Counted from the stretch's first letter, positions 30,988-40,071 are shown. The stretch: 64,000 nucleotides of DNA from Phormidesmis sp. (GCA_965248535.1 CBDFJR010000002.1:1632001-1696000), one strand, 5' to 3'. Notes: generated from the letters alone by a model not told the origin. Numbers and translations: made by a program.

Positions 30988-32490
30988 ATGCAGCTAATCG
31001 ATCTACTGGCCCAGGTTCTTGGCGTGGAGGCATTGCCCGATCATGCAGCCTTGAGCGCCGAGGTGAAGGGCTTGACGACAAACTCGCTCACCTGTCAGCC
31101 CGGCGACTTGTTTATTGGGATGCCCGGCACGCGGGTAGATGGCGGAGACTTTTGGCATAGCGCGATCGCGGCAGGGGCGATCGCCGCCGTTGTGTCTCCT
31201 CAAGCGGCTGCTAAAGCGACAAATGACCCAGCGTTTAAAACTCAAACCCCGCCTCTGGTGGTTGCAACGGCTGATATGACTCAGGCCTGTGCGGCGATCG
31301 CGGCCGCCTTCTACAACTTTCCGGCCACCAAGCTCAAACTCGTGGGGGTGACGGGCACCAACGGCAAAACGACGACGACTCATTTGATTGAGTTTTTGTT
31401 GGAAAAAAGTCAGAGACCTACTGCCCTATTTGGGACGCTCTACACCCGTTGGTCAGGCTTTCAGCAGATTGCGCTGCACACAACCCCGTTTGCGATCGAG
31501 TTGCAGCGTCAGTTTAGTGACGCGATCGCCGCTGGGTGTCAAGTGGGCGTGATGGAAGTCAGTTCTCACGCGCTGGCCCAGGGTCGGGTGATGGGTTGCC
31601 CCTTTGAGGTGTCCGTGTTCACCAACTTGACGCAAGATCATCTCGACTTTCACAAAGATATGGATGATTATTTTGCGGCCAAGGCACTGCTGTTTAACTC
31701 AGATTATCTCAACGGTCGAGCCGTGATCAATCTTGATGATCCCTACGGGAAGCGACTGATTGAGCGATCGCGTCAGCCCGTGTGGACTTATAGCACCCAG
31801 CAGCCCGCAGATTTGTGGATGAGCGATTTGACCTATGGGGCAGAGGGCGTAAGCGGCACCCTGCACACCCCTAAAGGAGACACGCCCTTTCGATCGCCGC
31901 TGGTGGGTCAGTTTAATCTAGCCAATCTGCTGGCCGCGATCGCCGTTGGGCTGCATCTAGACTTGGATCTAGAATTGATGGTCAACGCTCTTCCAGACTT
32001 TAAGGGCGTGCCCGGACGGATGGAACAAGTCCAACTCCATTCCCGGCAAGACATCAGCGTGATCGTAGACTATGCTCACACGCCTGATAGTCTAGAAAAT
32101 ATGCTCAAGGCAGCTAGACCGTTTATTGCGGGGCAGATGATTTGTGTGTTTGGGTGTGGCGGCGATCGCGATCGCACCAAGCGGCCGCTTATGGGCAAGA
32201 TTGCGGCAACGCTGGCCGATCAAGCGATCGTCACTTCTGACAATCCCCGTACCGAAGACCCAGCGAGAATTTTAGCAGATGTCGCTGCCGGAATTCCGGC
32301 TGACGTAACGGCGATCGTGATCAGCGATCGGGCAACCGCAATCCGCACTGCCATTTTGCAAGCCAAGCCTGGAGACGGCGTGCTGATTGCAGGCAAAGGA
32401 CACGAGGATTATCAGATTTTGGGCACTGAGAAGATTCATTTTGACGATCGAGAACAAGCCAGAGCCGCCCTGATAGAACGACTTAAGTGA
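30988..32490 (+). CDS. murE: UDP-N-acetylmuramoyl-L-alanyl-D-glutamate--2,6-diaminopimelate ligase
   Basis: GTNGKTTT, MEVSSH, DHLDFH, DNPR, GKGHE; start after AAGGAG RBS. Confidence 0.96.
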   Translation: MQLIDLLAQVLGVEALPDHAALSAEVKGLTTNSLTCQPGDLFIGMPGTRVDGGDFWHSAIAAGAIAAVVSPQAAAKATNDPAFKTQTPPLVVATADMTQACAAIAAAFYNFPATKLKLVGVTGTNGKTTTTHLIEFLLEKSQRPTALFGTLYTRWSGFQQIALHTTPFAIELQRQFSDAIAAGCQVGVMEVSSHALAQGRVMGCPFEVSVFTNLTQDHLDFHKDMDDYFAAKALLFNSDYLNGRAVINLDDPYGKRLIERSRQPVWTYSTQQPADLWMSDLTYGAEGVSGTLHTPKGDTPFRSPLVGQFNLANLLAAIAVGLHLDLDLELMVNALPDFKGVPGRMEQVQLHSRQDISVIVDYAHTPDSLENMLKAARPFIAGQMICVFGCGGDRDRTKRPLMGKIAATLADQAIVTSDNPRTEDPARILADVAAGIPADVTAIVISDRATAIRTAILQAKPGDGVLIAGKGHEDYQILGTEKIHFDDREQARAALIERLK

Positions 32491-32521
32491 TCTTTAACTC
32501 CTGTAGTTTTCTGGTTTATTC

Positions 32522-33298
32522 ATGACTTATTGCCTCGGAATTTTAACGAGTGATGGCTTGGTGATGGCGGCTGACTCGCGCACCAATGCCGGGGTTGACT
32601 ACGTTTCGACTCATCAAAAACTGTTTGACTTTTCGCTGCCGGGCGATCGCGTGATTTTGCTTTGCACATCGGGAAATTTGGCGGTGACGCAATCGATTTT
32701 GACGCTGTTGCGACGAGATATCAAACTTCAGGAGCCGATCAATCTGCACACGTTGCCCAGCTTCTATGAGATTGCTCAATATATTGGCGACAAGACGCGG
32801 CAGATTCAAGAACGAGACCGATCGTGGCTCGAAAAAGATCACATCGACTTTAAATGCACGTTTTTGCTAGGCGGACAGATTCAAGGCGAAGACCCAGAAC
32901 TGTATATGCTCTATAGCCAGGGCAACTGCATTCAAGCGTCTAAGGAGACGACGTTTTTGCAGATTGGCGAGGCTAAATATGGCAAACCGATTCTCGATCG
33001 CGTCCTCAATTTCGACACGTCACTAGAAGCGGCGGCAAAATGTGCGCTGCTGTCGATCGATTCCACCATGAAGTCAAATATTTCCGTCGGGCCGCCGATT
33101 AATCTAGTCATGTATGAAGCGGATAGCTTTAAAATTCGCTATGAGTTGCGCCTCGATCGCGGGGCCCCTTATCTGGCTCAGATTCGCAAGTTTTGGGAGG
33201 GCTATCTCAATGAAGCCTTTGAGCGGATGCCCAACATCGATTGGGATCAGGCTCTAAAAGACGATTTGCTTAAAAACTCTCCTCAAGAGAGACCCTGA
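32522..33298 (+). CDS. proteasome-type Ntn protease (Anbu)
   Basis: MTYC..., DSRTNAGVD, QIGE.KYGKPILDR, DSTMKSN. Confidence 0.92.
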   Translation: MTYCLGILTSDGLVMAADSRTNAGVDYVSTHQKLFDFSLPGDRVILLCTSGNLAVTQSILTLLRRDIKLQEPINLHTLPSFYEIAQYIGDKTRQIQERDRSWLEKDHIDFKCTFLLGGQIQGEDPELYMLYSQGNCIQASKETTFLQIGEAKYGKPILDRVLNFDTSLEAAAKCALLSIDSTMKSNISVGPPINLVMYEADSFKIRYELRLDRGAPYLAQIRKFWEGYLNEAFERMPNIDWDQALKDDLLKNSPQERP

Positions 33299-34152
33299 AT
33301 CTGAATCTGATAGTCGATCGTAGACTGCACGGCTCCGACTCGGTTAAAGCTGCCAGAGACCGGAGCCGCATAGTGAGACACCGCACTAGCCACGAGCGCA
33401 ATGTGGCGATCGCTAACCGCTAACCCGTGAGTGGGGTCATAGCCTCGCCAGCCTGCCCCCGGCAAATAAACCTCAGCCCAAGCGTGCAGGTCACGATTGT
33501 CTCGGTTTAAATCGCCTTCTTGATAGCCACTGACAAATCTGGCCGCCAGCCCGATCGAGCGACAGACTTCGATAAACAGCACCGTTAAATCTCGACACGA
33601 TCCCAATTTTTCTGACCAGGTGATGCCCGGTGAGAGCGGCTTTCCGGTTTCGCGCACGAGATATTTACAGCTTTCATAGATGCGTTGGTTAAGCGTGCCT
33701 AAAAAGCTCACCGTGTCGCCCGCCACTTCATGACTAATTTCTTGGGCGAGTTGCAGCGCGATCGGGTCAACCGAGGTGGCATAGTTAGCATTTTGTCCGC
33801 TTAGATAGGGCTGAAGCTGCATCAATAGCGAACTGGGATAGTCGATCGCCAGTCGCGCCGCCCAAGGCTCCATCAAATAGTTAAACGGATTCGATTCGTG
33901 AGTCTCAACCTGAGACTGAGCCTGAATGTGCAGTTGCTCGGTTTTTTGGGGCGCAAACCACAGCTTAATCAACGCATTGCCATCTAGGTCAACAAGCTCC
34001 GATCGTGAGATTGGCTCCGGCTTGACTTGCAGCGAGAACAATTTGAGGGTCTGCCAACCATTCGATCGCGGCCGCAACCGCACCAGATGGGGCTGCAACG
34101 TCACAGGCTGACTGTATTGGTAAGTAGTGGTGTGAGAAATCTGATAAAGCAT
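33283..34152 (-). CDS. transglutaminase family protein
   Basis: I.H.T.Y.Y N-domain; GSCRD, HAWAEVY, W...DPT catalytic triad. Confidence 0.92.
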   Translation of the reverse strand: MLYQISHTTTYQYSQPVTLQPHLVRLRPRSNGWQTLKLFSLQVKPEPISRSELVDLDGNALIKLWFAPQKTEQLHIQAQSQVETHESNPFNYLMEPWAARLAIDYPSSLLMQLQPYLSGQNANYATSVDPIALQLAQEISHEVAGDTVSFLGTLNQRIYESCKYLVRETGKPLSPGITWSEKLGSCRDLTVLFIEVCRSIGLAARFVSGYQEGDLNRDNRDLHAWAEVYLPGAGWRGYDPTHGLAVSDRHIALVASAVSHYAAPVSGSFNRVGAVQSTIDYQIQIQGLS

Positions 34153-34181
34153 TGGGCAGTTTTGAGTTTTAACAAACGACT

Positions 34182-34295
34182 GGGCTGCGGTTAGAAGCTC
34201 TCGCCTCCTGCCCCTTAAAAAGGAGCTTCAAAGTCCCCCTTTTTAAGGGGGATTTAGGGGGATCTCCAAATTGGCAAGAGCTTCTAACCACGCCC
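34182..34295. mobile_element. MITE-like element with imperfect terminal inverted repeats
   Basis: GGGCTGCGGTTAGAAGCTCTCGCC ... GGCAAGAGCTTCTAACCACGCCC enclosing CCCCCTTTTTAAGGGGGATTTAGGGGG. Confidence 0.65.
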
Positions 34296-34304
34296 TAAAA
34301 AACG

Positions 34305-35261
34305 TTAATGATTCATGGGTTCTAAAGCAAAAAATGTCTCAAAAATATTCTTGCCAACTTCGTTCATTCGACGCTGTAACCCATCCAGAAACTCGTGCAG
34401 CCCAACTAGAACAATCTCATCGATCGTCAGATAATCTAAGTCAGCGCGCAACCGTCCCAGCGTCCGCTCGGCCGGGTTGCTCCAGGTGCCTGCCGGAGTG
34501 CCCGTGATTTCGTGCAGCGATCGCTCGGCCCGCTGAATGCAAAACCGAATCGATCGGGGAAATTCGCGCTCCAACACTAGAAACTGGGCAACCGACATCG
34601 GCGTGATCCGGTGTAGTCCCTGTTTGCGATACATCTCATAGGCACTAGCAGACCTCAGCAACGCCATCCACTGCAAATCGTCAAGCGTGGTGCCAACATC
34701 TTTAACCGATGGCAGCAAAATAAAATATTTCACGTCGAGAATCCGCGTGGTTTTGTCGGCTCGTTCTAAGAGCTTGCCGATTTGCGCGAAATGCCATCCT
34801 TCATTGTGAGTCATAGTCGCGTTGGTGATGCCTGCAAACATATGGCTCGCGAGTTTTACCTCGCTAAAAAAGTCGGGCAATTTAGCGGGTGAATCTATTT
34901 GAGCCGCTTCTTTGACCATGAAATAAAAGGCGTTGACCTGCTGCCACATTTCTGACGAGATGATTTCTCGCACCGATCGGGCATTTTCTCGCGCCGAGTT
35001 GAGACACGACAAAATCGAATTGGAATAATTGCTGTCAAAGGTGAGAAACCGGATCACATTTTCAGCCGTTGCCTCGCCATAGCGCTCTTTAAATAGCGGC
35101 AAATCGCCCGTAGTGAGGACGAGCGGCTCCCATTGTTGAGTCACCCCGATCGGAGAATCCAACAGCAGATTCAAATTGACATCAATAAATCGAGCAATAT
35201 TTTCTGCCCGCTCAATATAGCGGTTTAGCCAGTAAATCGAATCAGCAACACGACTCAGCAT
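34305..35261 (-). CDS. alpha-E domain protein
   Basis: MLSRVADSIYW..RY.ERAEN, ERADKT.R, FPRS. Confidence 0.93.
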   Translation of the reverse strand: MLSRVADSIYWLNRYIERAENIARFIDVNLNLLLDSPIGVTQQWEPLVLTTGDLPLFKERYGEATAENVIRFLTFDSNYSNSILSCLNSARENARSVREIISSEMWQQVNAFYFMVKEAAQIDSPAKLPDFFSEVKLASHMFAGITNATMTHNEGWHFAQIGKLLERADKTTRILDVKYFILLPSVKDVGTTLDDLQWMALLRSASAYEMYRKQGLHRITPMSVAQFLVLEREFPRSIRFCIQRAERSLHEITGTPAGTWSNPAERTLGRLRADLDYLTIDEIVLVGLHEFLDGLQRRMNEVGKNIFETFFALEPMNH

Positions 35262-35270
35262 AGAGAATTT

Positions 35271-36734
35271 TTATGATTGACCAACAACCCACGTATCTTT
35301 GCTGCCGCCCCCTTGGGAGGAGTTGACCACCAGAGAGCCTTTTTTAAGCGCCACACGAGTCAACCCACCCGGATTCACGTAAATATCTTTGCCGTAGAGC
35401 ACGTAGGGGCGCAGGTCTACATGACAGCCCTCAAACTGGTCGCCAATCAGCGACGGCACGCGAGACAGTGAAAGTGTCGGTTGCGCGATGTAGTTGCGGG
35501 GGTGCGCTTTGATCTTGTCGGCAAACTCGTCTCGCTCTGCCTGAGTGGAATGTGGGCCGATCAACATCCCATAGCCGCCCGACTCGTTGGCGCATTTAAC
35601 CACCAGCGTCTCTAAGTTGGCTAAGACGTGACTCTGCTGCTGCGGCTCCCAGCAAAGATAGGTCGGCACATTGGCTAGAATTGGCTCTTCGCCTAAATAG
35701 TAGCGAATCATCGCCGGGACGAACGCATAAATCACTTTGTCGTCGGCGACCCCGGTTCCTAGAGCGTTAGCCAGCCCGACTCTGCCAGCGCGATAGACTT
35801 CCATCAACCCCGGAACGCCCAAGAGAGAATCAGACCGAAACGCTAGCGGATCGATAAAGTCGTCGTCAATGCGGCGGTAGACCACATCAACTCGCTTGAG
35901 GCCCTTTGTCGTTCGCATTTGCAGATAGCCATCTGAGACGACGAGATCGCGTCCTTCGACGAGTTCGACCCCCATTTGCTGGGCGAGAAACGATTGCTCA
36001 AAATAAGCCGAGTTGTAGATGCCCGGAGTCAGCAGCACCACGGTCGGGTCAGGCAAATGGTGCGGAGCCAGATTCAGCAAGGTTTCCAGCAGGTGACTGG
36101 GATATTCTTCGACAGGCTGAATTTTCATGCGCTCAAAAACGAGCGGCAGCGTGCTTTTCATCACCCGGCGACTTTCTAGCACATAAGAGACTCCTGACGG
36201 GCAGCGCAGATTGTCTTCTAGCACATACCATTCACCGGAGCGATCGCGCACCAAGTCCGTCCCGGTGATGTGGCACCAGATGCCTTCGGGCGGCTTAATG
36301 CCCACACATTGCTTAAAAAAACCCGTTGCCGAATAGATCAACTCTGCCGGGATCACGCCATCACGAAGGATTTTTTGCTCATCGTAAATGTCAGCCAAAA
36401 ATTGATTGAGAGCAGAGATGCGCTGTTTGAGACCTTTTTCTAGCTTTGCCCACTCGTTTGCTGAGACAATGCGAGGAATAATGTCAAACGGAAAAATGCG
36501 CTCGGTGCCTTGGGTGTCGCCGTAGACGTTAAAGGTGACCCCCATCTTAAACAACGCGATTTGAGCCGACTGCTGCCGTCGCTGCAACTCTTCCATGGAC
36601 AGGGAATTGATCCGATCTACAAGCGGAATCGCGTCTGGTCGAGGCTGCCCTTGCTCAATAAACAGTTCATCATAAAAGTCTCCGGGTTCATAATCATGAA
36701 AATTCACAGCCGTCTGCCCATTGAGGTTGACCAT
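35271..36734 (-). CDS. circularly permuted type 2 ATP-grasp protein
   Basis: [37 protein letters not shown]; start uncertain (36707, 36734 or 36761). Confidence 0.93.
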   Translation of the reverse strand: MVNLNGQTAVNFHDYEPGDFYDELFIEQGQPRPDAIPLVDRINSLSMEELQRRQQSAQIALFKMGVTFNVYGDTQGTERIFPFDIIPRIVSANEWAKLEKGLKQRISALNQFLADIYDEQKILRDGVIPAELIYSATGFFKQCVGIKPPEGIWCHITGTDLVRDRSGEWYVLEDNLRCPSGVSYVLESRRVMKSTLPLVFERMKIQPVEEYPSHLLETLLNLAPHHLPDPTVVLLTPGIYNSAYFEQSFLAQQMGVELVEGRDLVVSDGYLQMRTTKGLKRVDVVYRRIDDDFIDPLAFRSDSLLGVPGLMEVYRAGRVGLANALGTGVADDKVIYAFVPAMIRYYLGEEPILANVPTYLCWEPQQQSHVLANLETLVVKCANESGGYGMLIGPHSTQAERDEFADKIKAHPRNYIAQPTLSLSRVPSLIGDQFEGCHVDLRPYVLYGKDIYVNPGGLTRVALKKGSLVVNSSQGGGSKDTWVVGQS

Positions 36735-36772
36735 TGACTTCTTATCAATAGAGTTGACCACGACTTCAAACT

Positions 36773-36786
36773 GTAACTGTAACTAC
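36773..36786 (-). promoter_or_regulatory. putative NtcA binding site
   Basis: GTA-N8-TAC (minus strand GTAGTTACAGTTAC) just upstream of the ATP-grasp operon. Confidence 0.55.
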
Positions 36787-36904
36787 TTAATCTTGTTTTC
36801 ACAGCAGTGAACAATGTGAAGAAATATAGCGATCGGGGCATTCATCGAGTCATTCGTCGCAGGCCATTGATAGAACAAAAGACAGAGGATGCAGGATCTG
36901 AACT

Positions 36905-37414
36905 ATGGCTTATCAGTGTGATTTAGGAACCGGGCAGCGGCTTTATCTCGAAAACCGAGGCACCCAGACGATCGTTAGGCTAACCAGTGGCAGCGCTCGA
37001 CAGCAGCAGAGTCAGCAGAGCAACTTTGAAACTGGAGAGTGGCAAACCTTGCCCAAAGTCTTTCGCACGGGCACGGGAATCATTTTGCAAATCGAGTCTG
37101 CCCAAAAGCAATCGTTTCTCAGTTTGCAAGCACAACGCATTGGCACCTTAAGCAGTTTGCCTGACATGACGGGTGCAGAGGTGCTGTCGCTCCAGTCTAC
37201 TGAGGCGATCGCGTCGTCGTTTAAGCCGATGGAGCCAATGCAGCCAATGCAGCCAATGCAACCAATGCAGCCGATGCAGATGACAATGGGCACAATGCAC
37301 ATGCAGATGAGCAGTCCCCAGAGCGCCCAGCGCTTTTGTTCTCAGTGTGGAGAATCGGTGAGAGAGAGCGATCGCTTCTGCTCTCACTGCGGCACCCAAT
37401 TATCAACTAGTTAA
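36905..37414 (+). CDS. zinc-ribbon domain protein with MQP repeats
   Basis: QQQ.Q...F.TG.W, (PMQ)n, FCSQCG...FCSHCG. Confidence 0.85.
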   Translation: MAYQCDLGTGQRLYLENRGTQTIVRLTSGSARQQQSQQSNFETGEWQTLPKVFRTGTGIILQIESAQKQSFLSLQAQRIGTLSSLPDMTGAEVLSLQSTEAIASSFKPMEPMQPMQPMQPMQPMQMTMGTMHMQMSSPQSAQRFCSQCGESVRESDRFCSHCGTQLSTS

Positions 37415-37526
37415 CCTATTGCCGAGGTGACGAGCTGTTAAATAGTGGATGTAATTCTCTTTTTAGATGCGGTCGCCAAACGGCCAAAACCAACGATCGT
37501 GAACCTTCTGTGATTTTAGCTGCTGC

Positions 37527-37600
37527 GCATAACGTTCCCGATCACCGGACACAGACAAACGATAACTTAAATTCGTTCCGGTGCAGCGGGGTTGTTCGGC
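37527..37600 (-). other. integron attC site
   Basis: Minus strand GCCGAAC (R'') ... GTTATGC (R'), 74 bp imperfect palindrome, 21 nt after the GNAT stop. Confidence 0.8.
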
Positions 37601-37621
37601 GGCTGTTGATTGGCTGGAGGT

Positions 37622-38137
37622 TCACTTTGTTTTAGCCTGTAAGAGCAGTTTCATCAGATGCTCATCATAAAATTGACCTTGATTAGAAAAAGCTTCATGT
37701 TCTGTCCCGTAAATGCAGAACCCCAGCGATTTGTAAAGTTGGATGGCAGCGTCTTGGACTGTGACGACCGTGAGATGTATCCTACGCAAGCTAGTATCTC
37801 GTTGAGCACGCACGAGGACTTCGGTTGCCAGTGCTCGTGCGAGACCACGCCGCCGAAAGTCAGGTCTAACATAGAGTCCAGCAATAAAACCACGATGCTT
37901 TTCATTCGCTTCTTCAAAACGTGAAAAGCGGATGGTGCCGACAAGAATTTCAGCCGAAAAAGCTCCAAGAATATATGTATCTTCAGATTCTTGGAGACGT
38001 AAAGCCATTGCTTCGAGTGCGAGCTTTTCTTCCTTTTCGGCTAGGGTGCCGAATGCAGGTGGTTGCTCACGCAATGCAGCCAAACGGAGTACTCGATATT
38101 CTTTTACGTCTGCGGGTGCAAGTGTTCGTATTGTCAT
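37622..38137 (-). CDS. GNAT N-acetyltransferase (gene cassette)
   Basis: LYV.PDFRRRGLA acetyl-CoA motif, A..LYKSLGF; bounded by GTTCGGC core site and attC. Confidence 0.9.
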   Translation of the reverse strand: MTIRTLAPADVKEYRVLRLAALREQPPAFGTLAEKEEKLALEAMALRLQESEDTYILGAFSAEILVGTIRFSRFEEANEKHRGFIAGLYVRPDFRRRGLARALATEVLVRAQRDTSLRRIHLTVVTVQDAAIQLYKSLGFCIYGTEHEAFSNQGQFYDEHLMKLLLQAKTK

Positions 38138-38182
38138 ACCCTGCCCTAAATTATATCAAACATGACAATACTGTGCGTAGCA

Positions 38183-38260
38183 GCCGAACTATTGGATATA
38201 CGGAAACTTTCCGTATATCTCCCTAATTTGAGCAGATACCCCGAAGCTTTCCGTATATAG
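38183..38260 (-). other. attI-like site 1
   Basis: GTTCGGC core complementary to the cassette's attC R''; adjacent perfect 12-bp inverted repeat GATATACGGAAA-C-TTTCCGTATATC and a third TTTCCGTATAT. Confidence 0.55.
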
Positions 38261-38348
38261 CCCCTCACTTTTCATCAGATATCTTAGAGCAACGATCGCC
38301 CCCTCTCTTCCCAAAACCCGATCGCTTCCTTCTCTTCAAAATTCAGCC

Positions 38349-38377
38349 TTCCAAAAAACAAAAAACTCTTGTACAAT
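38349..38377 (+). promoter_or_regulatory. putative sigma70-type promoter of the module
   Basis: TTCCAA-17 nt-TACAAT. Confidence 0.5.
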
Positions 38378-38474
38378 ACACCGCAGTGATGGAGTTGTGC
38401 CCCGAAGTCTGATGTGGCTATCAGACTCCGAGGACTTCCATCCCTAGTTACTACCGATAACTCAGGAGGCGTTC

Positions 38475-38594
38475 ATGATTGTACACCGTCAGCTTTGCTA
38501 TGGGATCTTGAAAGGCTGGAATCAAGATCCTGCATACAGTTTTCCCCTCAACCGAATTTCTGAGCTATCAGAGTTTTTGTCCTCTTTGAATTAA
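38475..38594 (+). CDS. 39-aa leader peptide, copy 1 (MIVHRQLCYGILKGWNQDPAYSFPLNRISELSEFLSSLN)
   Basis: AGGAGG SD 5 nt before ATG; frame and length conserved in copy 2; below the ORF-track cutoff. Confidence 0.65.
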   Translation: MIVHRQLCYGILKGWNQDPAYSFPLNRISELSEFLSSLN

Positions 38595-38611
38595 TCGAGA
38601 GGACAAAAAAC

Positions 38612-38983
38612 ATGGCAGTTAGGACGATCGTGCCTAGCTCGATTTCGTTCACCATTGAGTTACGTTGCTCAATCGAAAAGCGTTATCGGGTGAGTGTGAC
38701 TTTGGATTTGCAAGAGCGTTATCTCTTTGTGTCGTCTGGCATTGTTTCGGATGTTAGCGACTGCATTGAAGAGTTCGTGTCTCAACTGAGTGAAATTTCA
38801 TCCAATCAACTAGCATTGCTGAAATGGGATGGCACGAGTGATTTGACGACCGAGTATCAGATTGTTCGAGTGTTGCCCGGTTATCAAGTAGAACGATCGC
38901 TTGTGAAGTTCAACATTGTTCTGGGCGATGGTTCATTAATTCAAGTAGAGGAATTGCACAACAAAACGACGATTCAACTGTGA
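38612..38983 (+). CDS. hypothetical protein, 123 aa, copy 1
   Basis: GAGG RBS; 8 aa differences from the copy at 45164, with many silent changes. Confidence 0.8.
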   Translation: MAVRTIVPSSISFTIELRCSIEKRYRVSVTLDLQERYLFVSSGIVSDVSDCIEEFVSQLSEISSNQLALLKWDGTSDLTTEYQIVRVLPGYQVERSLVKFNIVLGDGSLIQVEELHNKTTIQL

Positions 38984-39341
38984 TTAGGGTTGGGGAGCCG
39001 TCGATTATCTTTTGGGAATCTGTGCAGCCAGCGATCGGGCAACTTCTCGGTCTAGGTCTAATTCAAACTCTGATATTCCCCATTTTGGCGGCTCTCTAAC
39101 TCTGTAAATCTTTAGGGAATAAAGCGATCGTGTCTCCTTTAGGGCGCTAGATAATTCACCCTCTGTTGCGAAATGCCCGCAAATGGCACAAATTTTTAGG
39201 AATCAGAACACTAAGACTCATTCAGGTTGAGTCTGCTGGTGTTAAATGCCCTTGCCAAGGGTGGCTTGACCGATATCTCAATAATTCGACCCTCAGATGG
39301 ATGGTAGCTTGTGCTCTCAACGTCCATGACCATAACGGTTA

Positions 39342-40071
39342 GTCGCCTCAAGGGGTAGCGTTTCCTCTGTTTTGGCATCTATTAGACAAGCGGGGTAACT
39401 CGAACACGCAAGAGCGCTTTGATCAGTGGGTCGAGTTTTTGTGCGTCTTTGCACCCGAAGACATCGCTTTTTTGACCGCAGACCGAGAGTTTATTGGCAC
39501 CCAATGGTTTGCCTTGCTAATGGCAGAGCCTGTGACTCGCTTTCGCATCCGTATTCGCGAGTCGGAGTTCCTGTTTGATGGGCAGCAATCGCTTAAAACC
39601 ACGATTGTGTTTCAAGATTTGCAGCCTCATCAATCCAAGGTGCTGTCACGCAAACGACGGCTTTGGGGGCATTGGCTTTACTTGGCAGGATTACGACTCG
39701 AAGACGGGTCGTTGCTGGTGGTTGCCACGAACCATGAACCCTCCACTGCCATTGCTGACTATGCTCTGCGTTGGGGCATCGAAACCTTGTTTGGCTGCTT
39801 GAAAACTCGTGGCTTTTGCTTGGAGGCAACCCACCTTAAAGACCAGGAACGGCTCAAGAAGCTCATCGCTCTCTTAACCTTGGCATTTTGCTGGGCGCAT
39901 CGGGTTGGCGAATGGGTGGTGGAACGTCAGCCCATTCAAATCAAAAAGCATGGACGCAACGCCAGGAGCATCTTTCGTACCGGGTTAGATCACCTCCGCC
40001 AGATTTTACTCAACCTCGATACTCGTCAAGCGCAGTTTGTCCAAGTTCTAAAACTTTTGTCCTGTACTTAG
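39342..40071 (+). mobile_element. IS4-family element, 5'-truncated
   Basis: QGVAFPL.W..L.KRGNS remnant, ADREFIG, Y..RW.IETLF..LK..GF.LE; ends ...LSCT stop. Confidence 0.85.

Larger units (their letters stand above)
38292..38983 (+). repeat. duplicated module, copy 1 (paralog at 43577-45535)
   Basis: Near-identical to 43577-43656 plus 44921-45535. Confidence 0.92.

Noticed and set aside
38388..38465. Variable-loop RNA as an IS110/IS1111 bridge RNA or a retron msr-msd
   Set aside because: No IS110 recombinase or retron RT is adjacent; the only RT is a group II intron maturase; the variable parts are terminal loops, not internal guide loops.
39203..39247. Hairpin AACACT-AAGACTCA...TGAGTCT-GCTGGTGTT as another attC
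   Set aside because: Shorter than typical attC sites and one end lacks the GTTRRRY consensus.
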